Source: Prochlorococcus sp. AG-409-J03
GTDB lineage: Bacteria; Cyanobacteriota; Cyanobacteriia; PCC-6307; Cyanobiaceae
Reading direction: 5' to 3'
Assembly (NCBI GenBank): GCA_003215695.1
Contig: QCJZ01000002.1
Span: 18,074 to 82,073 of the forward strand
DNA: 64,000 nt
The notes under the pieces are model-generated. The model had not been told where the DNA came from. It did not search any database and saw nothing but the letters and a program-made list of their open reading frames with translations. The position numbers and the translations under genes were made by a program. This document shows, piece by piece, positions 1 to 8,780 of the stretch (positions are counted from its first letter, which is position 1; each line of letters starts with the position of its first letter).

Positions 1-159
1 AGAGATGATTTTCCTAAGCCAATTTTTGATTCTTGGGATAATTGCTAATATTTTGATTGATTGTAAAAGGAGTGCTATTTAGAAATGCTTAAAAGATGAG
101 ATCTAATAACTGACTTATTCCATTAATTCTTATATAAAAAATACATTCTAGTTCTAAAT

Positions 160-1053
160 ATGTATAATAGATTTTTGAAAATTTATTTTATATTTCAAAT
201 GAAGGATAGTTTATTTGATTTGAATAATATAAGGATTGAAATATCCTTTAAGTCTTATGACGAACTTCGTAAGATTCTCTCTTTTTACGAAAGGAATAAT
301 CTTTATAAAATAAATATACCTTGTAAAAATAATTTAAAAAAAGATGTCCTATTACAGTCGATCAAAATTTCAAGAGAGGAGTTTCCATGCATAGATCTCA
401 TACCGCACTTTAGTATCCTTCATGAATTTAAAAGAAATAGAATCAATACTCAGTATTCATTTATTAAATTTCTTCAGACTGTAGAGTGTTTAGGTTGCAT
501 GCAAGTCCTTCTTGTTTCTGGTTCTCAAAGAAGATCTACATTAGATTCTGTTGCAGCTTTGTCTATGCTTAAAGATAATCCATCAACTTTTAATCAAGAT
601 ATTTCTTTTGGCGTTGCATTTAATCCATACCTACCTTCTTTTTTGTTTGATGAGGAGATTTTAAGATTAGAAAAGAAACTTCAAACAGGTCTAGTAAGTT
701 CTATATGGATTCAATTTGGAACTGATTATAAACTCCTCAAAAGTAGAATTGAAATACTATTAAATATCATATCCAACACTATTATTAATAATTCTAAGAT
801 TTCAAATATTCTGCTATTTGGGAGTATATTAATTCCATCTAAACAATTTCTAGTTAGATTTAAATATAGACCATGGAAAGGTGTTTATTGTTCTAGTGAT
901 TTTCTAGAATCGTTAGAAATTGCCAATAAACTTGTTTCAAATATACTAAAAACATATAAAGAGTATCAAATTTGCCCAATCATTGAAACCAATATTACCA
1001 ATGAATATCATCTGAAAAAATTAAAAATGATTCTTCTTGGTAATTATACTTAA
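160..1053 (+). CDS. Divergent methylenetetrahydrofolate-reductase (MetF)-like TIM-barrel flavoprotein
   Basis: 297-aa ORF (start may be the second Met). Motifs LIPHFS, VLLVSGS, FGVAFNPY and LEKKLQTG..IWIQFG appear in the same order as MetF motifs IPHLT, VLALRGD, IGVAGYP and LKRKVDAG..ITQ. Confidence 0.55.
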   Translation: MYNRFLKIYFIFQMKDSLFDLNNIRIEISFKSYDELRKILSFYERNNLYKINIPCKNNLKKDVLLQSIKISREEFPCIDLIPHFSILHEFKRNRINTQYSFIKFLQTVECLGCMQVLLVSGSQRRSTLDSVAALSMLKDNPSTFNQDISFGVAFNPYLPSFLFDEEILRLEKKLQTGLVSSIWIQFGTDYKLLKSRIEILLNIISNTIINNSKISNILLFGSILIPSKQFLVRFKYRPWKGVYCSSDFLESLEIANKLVSNILKTYKEYQICPIIETNITNEYHLKKLKMILLGNYT

Positions 1054-1548
1054 GGCATTATAATTTAATATATCATTTTAGTTGTTTACAAATTTATTTC
1101 ATATTATATGGATAATAAAATTTCGTTATGCTGCTTTAAATAAAATAACTTTATATTCAATTTGTTCGTATATGATTTAATAAAAAACTTTAGATAAAAT
1201 GGCCCTCAAAGAACGGAACTATTAGATTGAAGAGATTTATCTTTATTGTTATCTATATGGCCATAAACCCTTAAACTTTTATGGTTATCATTGCGGTTTT
1301 TTTCTCCTTCTTTTCCTAAACTTATTATTGGCTAAAAATTCCTTTGTATTAATAATATTTGAGTTGATGATTATTTAATGGCTCTTTGGAAAAGATTTCT
1401 GCTCCTCTCTTTTTATTTGTGTAAGTCATAGTTGAATTTAGCTGGCAATCTAGCCTTATTTACTTTTCAATGGCTGGTTGAGTCAGGTTCGTTTTTCTTC
1501 GCAGTTGATGGAAATTTCAATTAATTTGGTATATCTGAAAAAAATTAG

Positions 1549-1752
1549 ATGTTTTCATCAAGAAAAGAAACACAACAAAAGGTCAGTCTTCAAAACACTT
1601 CCTTTGCTTCGGATACAATTTTGCTCAGGAGAGCATCTGAATCTGCAAGATACAAGATAGCTGCTTTGATGATGTTTGTTTTGGGCGTAGCCTTACTAAC
1701 TTTAGGTACTTGGGTCCTTAACGATTTTGATTTTCTGACTTTTACAAATTAA
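1549..1752 (+). CDS. Small hypothetical membrane protein
   Basis: 67 aa, ATG start, one C-terminal hydrophobic helix (IAALMMFVLGVALLTLGTWVL). Confidence 0.65.
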   Translation: MFSSRKETQQKVSLQNTSFASDTILLRRASESARYKIAALMMFVLGVALLTLGTWVLNDFDFLTFTN

Positions 1753-1892
1753 ACAAGTAAATTGATATTTACTTCTTGTGAAGTGTTGAATTGCTAATGT
1801 CTTCTTCAGATTAGTTAGAAAATTCTTTTCCTTTACCTTCAACATGCACCAAATTCACTTTAGAATTATAAGTGAACAGGTGAAGACTTTTT

Positions 1893-2231
1893 ATGTCTAA
1901 TTCTTGGGATAAATATTTTTCGCATTATTCTGATTGGGATGATGCTCATTGCTTTAATGTTCGATTAGAACTCAAATTTGAGGATGAGATAAAGAGACTT
2001 GGTTATGTTGAATACGTTGATTCTGATGACGTGATGTATCTTGGAGATAATAAGATTTCTAATATTAATCTAATTAAATGTAAAACTTATATCAAAAATG
2101 AAAATGAGATTTTACTCTCTCTAGAGGTCCCTTACGATTGGTCAATAGATACAGATTGGGAAGATAAAGCGCTTGTCCTTCTAGGTATATCTGATGAGTG
2201 GGTCATAGACTCATGCGTGGAAGATAAATAA
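1893..2231 (+). CDS. Acidic hypothetical protein
   Basis: 112-aa ATG ORF, D/E/W-rich, long for this AT content. Confidence 0.7.
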   Translation: MSNSWDKYFSHYSDWDDAHCFNVRLELKFEDEIKRLGYVEYVDSDDVMYLGDNKISNINLIKCKTYIKNENEILLSLEVPYDWSIDTDWEDKALVLLGISDEWVIDSCVEDK

Positions 2232-2257
2232 TAATTTCTAAGTTATTTTTAATTCAT

Positions 2258-2524
2258 TTATGAGTAGAAAATTAATGCAAGTCCTTTTTGCGTTAGATAA
2301 AATTCTTTTTCTTCTCGACTTAAATCCATTGCTAATTCCGCACCTTCTTTAATAGCTTGATCATATGGAGGCTTTGAAGGGGCATTCCCTTTGTAAATTG
2401 CTGCAATGCCTAATGGAGTCGCGTTCCATTCGAAATTAGCTGTCTCTCCAATTTGGGGCTGATTTAATGCTTCTTCAAGAAGTATAGAAGAATTTGAGGT
2501 GGGACGATTTGTTGTTGATGTCAT
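2258..2524 (-). CDS. Conserved hypothetical protein
   Basis: 88-aa ATG ORF with protein-like composition (FEWNATPLGIAAIY). Confidence 0.7.
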   Translation of the reverse strand: MTSTTNRPTSNSSILLEEALNQPQIGETANFEWNATPLGIAAIYKGNAPSKPPYDQAIKEGAELAMDLSREEKEFYLTQKGLALIFYS

Positions 2525-3169
2525 TTTTATATTTAAGGTTTCGTATGAAAAACTTGTTTAGTGATCCTTAGAAGAACATATACTTTTACTTTCTAATACA
2601 TTGGAATGTTTTATGCGTCATATTTGTTGATCTCTGCATCCTTTATGAGGTGTAAACCTTTTAAATATTTCTTAGAAGTAAATATATTTAATAAAATATT
2701 TTATGGAAACCTTCTTATTATTTATTTTTTTTGTTTTAGAATATGTTGTTTGGACTGTTCAAATAAACCATATTTAGTCTTTTCTATTAGGAATTAGAAC
2801 CTTAATTAAAAATTTACATTTTATATGGAAACATATATATAGCTGTGATTAATAATTATGATAACTAAATCTTGGTGCTAAATTGTCCATCCTATTATCA
2901 TGCAAAAAAGATTCTTTCTAGATAGACCTGAAGTGTTTGTAGATCTATTTCACATCTTTCTATCAGTATTTATTAAAGAAAATAGACCTTTTAATTTTTA
3001 TCAGCTGAGTTTTTCCCTGATTTTTATTTTGGGTACCTTCTCTTGTTAATTTATTGATGGTAGATAATAATTTTTGTGAAGAGAATAGAACCTATTATAA
3101 GGAATTTTAATTTGCTTTCTCTTGTGGTTAAATTTCGAGTGTTTTATTTATGACTGAACATATAAATTT

Positions 3170-3346
3170 TCAAAAATTCCATTCAGCCATCATTATTTTT
3201 GCTTTTTGAATTTCATTATTTGCCTTAAGTTCATTGATCTTTTTTAGGGCTGAATATGCCATTTCTCCTTTTTCCCAACAACGGATGTGATTTGTCGGGC
3301 TTAGAAGATTAGATTCAATTCCGGAGTTTGTAATTTTTTTAGTCAT
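3170..3346 (-). CDS. Small hypothetical protein (not in ORF track)
   Basis: Read by hand: MTKKITNSGIESNLLSPTNHIRCWEKGEMAYSALKKINELKANNEIQKAKIMMAEWNF*, 58 aa. Confidence 0.55.
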   Translation of the reverse strand: MTKKITNSGIESNLLSPTNHIRCWEKGEMAYSALKKINELKANNEIQKAKIMMAEWNF

Positions 3347-3518
3347 TCGATCATCAAAAATAGTTATTTTTCTATTTGAATTAAATAATCGTATTAATTC
3401 AAGAATAGACTATTGACGTGCTCTTCTATAAAAAACTAAAAATAAAGTGAAATAAATTCTTTAGCAATTGAGTTATGAAAAGGGTTTATACTTATATTTA
3501 TTACTTGATCATGCGGTT

Positions 3519-3734
3519 TCAAATTTTTTTGTCTTCAGGAAATTCAGGCTTCTCTTTCTTTTTTCTTCTTCCGTCTGAAAGCTCTAGTAAAGTTGAAAGC
3601 TGTTCATAAACTGATCTGAGTGATGAAAGCTCAGGGAGCAAACCGTCATTCCTGAGGTCTTCATCCATATATCGAAGCTCTTGTCTCACGTAGGAGAGAA
3701 TAGATTTTGCTTCATCTCTTTTTGGTCCAGCCAT
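3519..3734 (-). CDS. Small helical protein, paralog of 6750..6953
   Basis: Likely start is ATG 3734 (MAGPKRDE). 35/65 ungapped identities with the 6750 ORF. Confidence 0.8.
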   Translation of the reverse strand: MAGPKRDEAKSILSYVRQELRYMDEDLRNDGLLPELSSLRSVYEQLSTLLELSDGRRKKKEKPEFPEDKKI

Positions 3735-3940
3735 ATTTTTTTTTTTATCTTTGAAAAGATACAACAAAAATGAACTGAATTAAGATTTCAACTGCGTATC
3801 AAGACAATGTGTTTCTGTCCAATATGGTTTTTGTTTTAATGTAATTTAAAATATTATCTTTTTAAATTTTTAAACTTTTCTTAGATTCAAAAAAATAAAA
3901 AGTAATAATAAAATATTAATTATCAGAAATTTATTGCTAG

Positions 3941-5164
3941 ATGGGCTCAGATCTTATCATTATTGGTGGTGGCGCCTCAGGCTTTATGGGAGCGATCACA
4001 GCGATTAGTAGTGGACTTAGATCTGTTCTGATATTAGAAGGGACTTCAAAAGTACTTGAAAAAGTTAGAATTAGCGGTGGTGGTAGATGTAATATAACTA
4101 ACTCATGTTCTGAAATTTATAACTTAGTTAATAATTATCCTAGAGGAGAAAAGCAACTTATAAGCTTATTTACTAGATTTTCTACAAGTGAAGCTTTTGA
4201 TTGGTTTCAGAATAGAGGACTTAGTCTTAAAATTGAGAAAGATGGAAGAGTTTTTCCAAGTTCTGATTCTTCTGATGATGTAATAAAATGTTTGCGAACT
4301 CTTGCCAAAAAAGCTGGCGTAAAAGTATTCACCAATTCTCATGTAAAGCAAATAAGAATTTTAAAAAGTGGCTTTAACTTGTTAATTAAAGGACAGAATT
4401 CATTTGAGGCAAAGAATATTTTGATTTGTACTGGTGGTCACCCTAGTGGAAGAAGATTAGCTGAGAGTCTTGGGCACTCAATAATTAAACCTGTTCCATC
4501 TCTTTTTTCTTTTTCTACTTCTGATAAATCATTAGGGTCTTGTTCTGGTATAACTTTAAATGTACAAATTAAACTTAAAGTAAACAAAAAAAAATTTGCA
4601 GAGAGTGGGCCTCTTCTTATAACTCATAATGGCTTTAGTGGACCAATAATATTGAGACTTTCTGCCTTTAGTGCTAGAGATCTACATGCTAATAAATATA
4701 AAGGTGAATTAATAATAAATTGGCTTTGTATAAATGAGGATGAAGCAAGGTTAAAAATAGATTTATTTAAACAAAAAAATGGTAAGAAGTTAGTTTTTAA
4801 TAATAAACCTTTTGAGAAGTTACCAAGAAGTTTGTGGAATATTTTTTTATCTATATTGGGCTTTGATAGTCAACTGAAATGGGCTGATATATCTAAATAC
4901 AAAAAAGAGTCTTTAATTAAATGTTTAACAATGAGTACCTACACCATAAATAGTCGTGGACCTTTTGGGGAGGAATTTGTAACTGCTGGTGGAGTCTCAC
5001 TTAAGGAAATTAATTTTAAAACTATGGAAAGTAAGATTTGTCACGGACTATTTTTTGCAGGTGAGGTTTTAGATATTGATGGTGTTACGGGTGGTTTTAA
5101 TTTTCAGCATTGCTGGACAAGCGGTTGGGTAGCTGGTAAATCGATTGCTTTAAAATATTCATAA
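3941..5164 (+). CDS. HI0933/YhiN/BaiN-family NAD(P)/FAD-dependent oxidoreductase
   Basis: GGGASG dinucleotide-binding motif, KVRISGGGRCNITN, FVTAGGV, GEVLDIDGVTGGFNFQ. Confidence 0.92.
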   Translation: MGSDLIIIGGGASGFMGAITAISSGLRSVLILEGTSKVLEKVRISGGGRCNITNSCSEIYNLVNNYPRGEKQLISLFTRFSTSEAFDWFQNRGLSLKIEKDGRVFPSSDSSDDVIKCLRTLAKKAGVKVFTNSHVKQIRILKSGFNLLIKGQNSFEAKNILICTGGHPSGRRLAESLGHSIIKPVPSLFSFSTSDKSLGSCSGITLNVQIKLKVNKKKFAESGPLLITHNGFSGPIILRLSAFSARDLHANKYKGELIINWLCINEDEARLKIDLFKQKNGKKLVFNNKPFEKLPRSLWNIFLSILGFDSQLKWADISKYKKESLIKCLTMSTYTINSRGPFGEEFVTAGGVSLKEINFKTMESKICHGLFFAGEVLDIDGVTGGFNFQHCWTSGWVAGKSIALKYS

Positions 5165-5222
5165 CATGTATATTTTTTGCAAAATATTCTAGAAAAACTT
5201 TATACAAAAAAAAGATAAATTT

Positions 5223-5306
5223 TCAACCAAGTGAAGCGATTAGTGCTGGTATCGCAACTGCTATCAGACCAACAGCAGCTGTCGCAGTTAGTAATGATGT
5301 GCTCAT
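5223..5306 (-). CDS. Putative 27-aa single-helix membrane peptide (not in ORF track)
   Basis: MSTSLLTATAAVGLIAVAIPALIASLG*, lying in a GC-richer patch within an AT-rich intergenic region. Confidence 0.55.
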   Translation of the reverse strand: MSTSLLTATAAVGLIAVAIPALIASLG

Positions 5307-5356
5307 GAGTTGCCATAAACAATTTTAATACTACACATTGATTTGAATTTTTTTTG

Positions 5357-5370
5357 TGAGTATTAATACT
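5357..5370. promoter_or_regulatory. Second copy of palindrome core TGAGTATTAATACT
   Basis: Identical to 14 bp of the palindrome at 5498-5527; lies about 50 bp upstream of the 27-aa ORF. Confidence 0.5.
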
Positions 5371-5497
5371 AGTTAGAGAAACTTATGTACGTTTTTCTTT
5401 ATTAATTAAAAATAATGAATCATGTTTAACTCTTGTATTGAATTTATATCACCAGAGAAAAAATATTTTTCGAGGAATCCTTGCAAGAATCCTAAAG

Positions 5498-5527
5498 TCG
5501 ACGATGAGTATTAATACTCATCGTCGA
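5498..5527. repeat. Perfect 30-bp palindrome, candidate operator
   Basis: TCGACGATGAGTATTAATACTCATCGTCGA equals its own reverse complement; lies upstream of doxX. Confidence 0.85.
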
Positions 5528-5585
5528 AAGCTTATCTTTCTGTTTCCACGCTTTATGCTCTTTCATCTCTAAAGTTCAGATCAGT

Positions 5586-6158
5586 TTGTCCTGGGTCAAA
5601 TTGCTTAACTCGATCTTCTATAAAACCATACTAAAAGATCTTGCTTTTTTAGTTTTAAGAGTATTTACTGGAGCACTCCTAATTCATCATGGATTCGAGA
5701 AATTAAATGATATTAATAATTTTGCTGATGCGTTCGTACGTCCACTTCATTTACCTTTCCCTGTAACTTTGTCTTACATAGCCGCGGGATCTGAGATAGG
5801 TGGAAGTTGGTTATTGATATTTGGTCTTGCTACCAGATTAGGAGCATCAGCAATACTTGGAACCATGAGTGTAGCCATTTATCACGCAATTGTTACGTCA
5901 GGATTTAATATATATTTACTGGAGCTTTTAGCACTTTATTTTGGATGTGCTTTTTCAATACTCTTGTTAGGGCCTGGCATGTTATCTGCTGATTATATAA
6001 TAAAAGAAACTTTCGACACAAAAACTTATTCTTTTAGTTCTGTTCTTAATCAACAATCAACAAATAGAAATAGAACAACTTCAAGCAGAAATTTAGGTAT
6101 ATCAAACAAGCAAAAGAAATCATTTGATTTCCCTTTCTCTAGCTTTTTATCTTCGTAA
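5586..6158 (+). CDS. DoxX family membrane protein
   Basis: LVLRVFTGALLIHHGFEKL, EIGGSWLLIFGLATRLGA, ELLALY; four TM helices. Confidence 0.9.
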   Translation: MSWVKLLNSIFYKTILKDLAFLVLRVFTGALLIHHGFEKLNDINNFADAFVRPLHLPFPVTLSYIAAGSEIGGSWLLIFGLATRLGASAILGTMSVAIYHAIVTSGFNIYLLELLALYFGCAFSILLLGPGMLSADYIIKETFDTKTYSFSSVLNQQSTNRNRTTSSRNLGISNKQKKSFDFPFSSFLSS

Positions 6159-6168
6159 TAAATTCCGA

Positions 6169-6483
6169 TTATTTTTTGTTATTTTCTTTTTTCTTCATTG
6201 ACAAATAGAACCACATCCAAGTTGGTAAAGTAATAAAAAATCCAATTAAGATGATATAACTTTTAGTTGTATTCCATGCAGCTTCATCACATTTTTCTTG
6301 GATTTTAATGGATTGGTTTACTTGGTTGCTTAAATTCCTGCAAATATTTAGGCCATGAATACTAAGGGTTCCATATGTTATGGCGGTTGGGACTGTGGCA
6401 AGGGATATCGCTAGTATTAAATTGCCTAGCCTCAGGTTGAGGTCTTTTCTTTTTTGTTGATCCATATATATATTTTTATCCAT
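6169..6483 (-). CDS. Hypothetical membrane protein
   Basis: 104 aa, two hydrophobic helices flanking a loop with two Cys. Confidence 0.65.
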   Translation of the reverse strand: MDKNIYMDQQKRKDLNLRLGNLILAISLATVPTAITYGTLSIHGLNICRNLSNQVNQSIKIQEKCDEAAWNTTKSYIILIGFFITLPTWMWFYLSMKKKENNKK

Positions 6484-6749
6484 ATCTAAGGCATGGAGCT
6501 GTATAGTTCTTATTTTTTTACAAAGCAGTAGTTTCTTCAGAAGAGCTCATGAATTTTTTGCTTTGCATTTTTAAAAGTGAAAATCTCTTAGCTTTGTATG
6601 TAATTAATAGATATAGATTTTTTATGTGAGGAGCTTGCTTGAAAGTTTGGTTTTAACTTGTGGGTTTATAAATTTTGTAAATTTGTAGATGCTTAATTTA
6701 CTAATTTTAGGTTAAAGTTGATATCTAATAACAATTAGTCAATTTTATA

Positions 6750-6953
6750 ATGTCCACCAGTAAGAGAGAAGAGGTAAGTTCGCATTTGCGATATATCAGG
6801 CAAGAACTTCGAGACTTGGATCAAATGCTTGGTCAATACGGCTTATTGCCTGAGTTGTCTGAGCTTAAAGAGGTCTACAATTCTTTAGATGCTCTACATC
6901 AATTACTTTCAGGCAAAGTTAAAAAGAAACCTAAACCTGAGTTTGATGATTGA
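6750..6953 (+). CDS. Small helical protein, paralog of 3519..3734
   Basis: YIRQELR..GLLPELS..KKKPKPEF shared with the 3734 ORF. Confidence 0.8.
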   Translation: MSTSKREEVSSHLRYIRQELRDLDQMLGQYGLLPELSELKEVYNSLDALHQLLSGKVKKKPKPEFDD

Positions 6954-7309
6954 TAACAATCCTTGCTAAATAGAGAATTAATAAAAAACAATTCTATTTA
7001 TTTGCTTGATTTAATTCTTTTTTTTTTTTTTGAGCATTATTTTATGGAGCCAGTAAAAACACATTAAAAATATATAAGAAAAATAGTTTTACCAATAAAT
7101 AATGTGGTTTGAAAATTCAATATTATCAAGTTAAAGTTTTAACTTACTACTTTAACTAATAGATGATGGCCAGAATAAATCTTTACTTTAAATCTTAATT
7201 CAAATATTTAATGGATAAATTTGAAAAGAGTAAGCGTTCTGGAATTATTAGTATTAAACCTTCTTTATTACTTATCTTTGGAAAGTCTAATATTTTATGT
7301 GCTTCTTTT

Positions 7310-8386
7310 TTATATCTTTGTTGAGAAATAGTTTTTTTCTAATAAGTCATGAATAATTATTTCTTTAACAAATACTTGAATCACTACAGCCATTGGAATT
7401 GCTAGTAACAATCCAAGTGGACCAAAAATAATAGTAAAAATAAATTGTGCGGTAATAGTAAGTCCAGGTAGTAATTTGACTTGTTTATGCATTATGGAAG
7501 GAGTTATTACATAGCTCTCAATATTTTGAATCACTACATATAAACCTAAAACAGCAAGTGATTTCCATGGGGTATCCAGCAATGCAACAGAAAGAGGGAA
7601 AATAGTACTTATAGTTGGGCCAACATTAGGTATTACATTTAAGACACCAGCTATTAAGGCATTCGCTATTACCAATTTTATTCCTAATAAATATAGGCCA
7701 AGAGAAGCAAGTATTGCTACACATATTGAGCTTAATAAAACCCCTGACATCCAGCTACTTAGCGCTTCACCACATCTTAATAAAATAGTTCTTGCACGTC
7801 TTCTATAAAATGATGGTACTAATAAGATAGCAACTTCTCTATAAGAGTTGGGCTGTAAAGTTATCATTAGACCAACTGATATTATAAATAATAATTGTAG
7901 TATTCCTATCCCAACATTACTTACTAAGCCAACTAATTTTGTGATGCTATCCGTTACACCACTAGCTAAAGTTGCACCATCTGGTATTATGCTAAGTTTA
8001 TTTGTTAATGTTGTTCTATCAGCTAAGTTGGGGATATTATCTTTATATATAATTTCCGTGAAATTGAAAAATGTATTTATTGAGAGCTCCCATAGTTTAC
8101 TTGCTGCTGATGGTATTTGATTAACTAGTTCCTGAAATTCGCTAGTGAATTGTGGGATTATTATTACTATTGAGATACTTGAAATTAGTAAAATAGAAAA
8201 TATTGTTATAATTAATGATGACCATCTGGGGATTTTAAAAAAATCTTTGATTTTGCCAGTAAGTGTACAAAGAGCCATTGCTATTACAATCGAAGCAAAA
8301 AATAGTATTATTGTTTCTTTTAAACTCCATAAAATCAATACAGAAATAACTAAGGCTGTTATTGATAGTAAACTAGTCGATTTCAA
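7310..8386 (-). CDS. AI-2E family transporter (PerM-like)
   Basis: Multi-TM; NVIPNVGP, QNIESYVITPSIM, GPLGLLLAIP. Confidence 0.9.
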   Translation of the reverse strand: MKSTSLLSITALVISVLILWSLKETIILFFASIVIAMALCTLTGKIKDFFKIPRWSSLIITIFSILLISSISIVIIIPQFTSEFQELVNQIPSAASKLWELSINTFFNFTEIIYKDNIPNLADRTTLTNKLSIIPDGATLASGVTDSITKLVGLVSNVGIGILQLLFIISVGLMITLQPNSYREVAILLVPSFYRRRARTILLRCGEALSSWMSGVLLSSICVAILASLGLYLLGIKLVIANALIAGVLNVIPNVGPTISTIFPLSVALLDTPWKSLAVLGLYVVIQNIESYVITPSIMHKQVKLLPGLTITAQFIFTIIFGPLGLLLAIPMAVVIQVFVKEIIIHDLLEKNYFSTKI

Positions 8387-8395
8387 TTTAAAAAA

Positions 8396-8737
8396 TTAAT
8401 TATGTGACATAGAATTGGCATACCTTGATGCGAAACGCATAAATCTCTCAAATTCTTTTTCAGAATTCCAACTATAAGTAGATTTAACTTCTTTAACATG
8501 ATTTTCTGAGACAGATAAATCTATTTTTTTCGTTGAAAGCTCACCTTCGGAATCAATTAGATACATTTTTTTGACTAGTTTAAAATTCTTAACTGTGATT
8601 GTTGTAGGTTTATGAAATTTATATATAGCTTTACCTTTTTTGCCATCCTGATCTCTAAATAAACGAATCTCAGGTTGTTTCTTTTCGTTTTTACCTTTAA
8701 AAAATTGAATAGTTACATTTTCATTGATTTCAGTCAT
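8396..8737 (-). CDS. psb28: Photosystem II assembly protein Psb28
   Basis: IQFFKG..PEIRLFR..DGKKGKA..YLIDSEGE..FERFMRFASRYA. Confidence 0.9.
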   Translation of the reverse strand: MTEINENVTIQFFKGKNEKKQPEIRLFRDQDGKKGKAIYKFHKPTTITVKNFKLVKKMYLIDSEGELSTKKIDLSVSENHVKEVKSTYSWNSEKEFERFMRFASRYANSMSHN

Positions 8738-8780
8738 TTTTTCTTTTTATATTTAAAAATAGATTTATCCCTATAAAAAA

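Noticed and set aside
1-48. Open frame RDDFPKPIFDSWDNC* at the window start
   Set aside because: Possibly the 3' end of an upstream gene, but too short to support.
1478-1660. 60-aa ORF from the track
   Set aside because: TTG-start shadow overlapping the better 1549..1752 ORF.
2606-2797. 63-aa F/I/Y-rich ORF
   Set aside because: Composition is what random AT-rich DNA yields; no motif.
5200-5316. Cys/Ser/Thr-rich 38-aa frame (MATHEHIITNCDSCCWSDSSCDTST..) resembling a lanthipeptide core
   Set aside because: No Nif11-type leader, no GG cleavage site and no modifying enzyme nearby; best explained as the shifted frame of the Ala-rich 27-aa ORF.
6626-6660. GTGAGGAG start reminiscent of Yfr2-family sRNAs
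   Set aside because: The GGAAACA loop motif and terminator are absent.
7211-7324. 37-aa ORF MDKFEKSKRSGIISIKPSLLLIF..
   Set aside because: Short, hydrophobic stretch interrupted, no independent support; may be a remnant.
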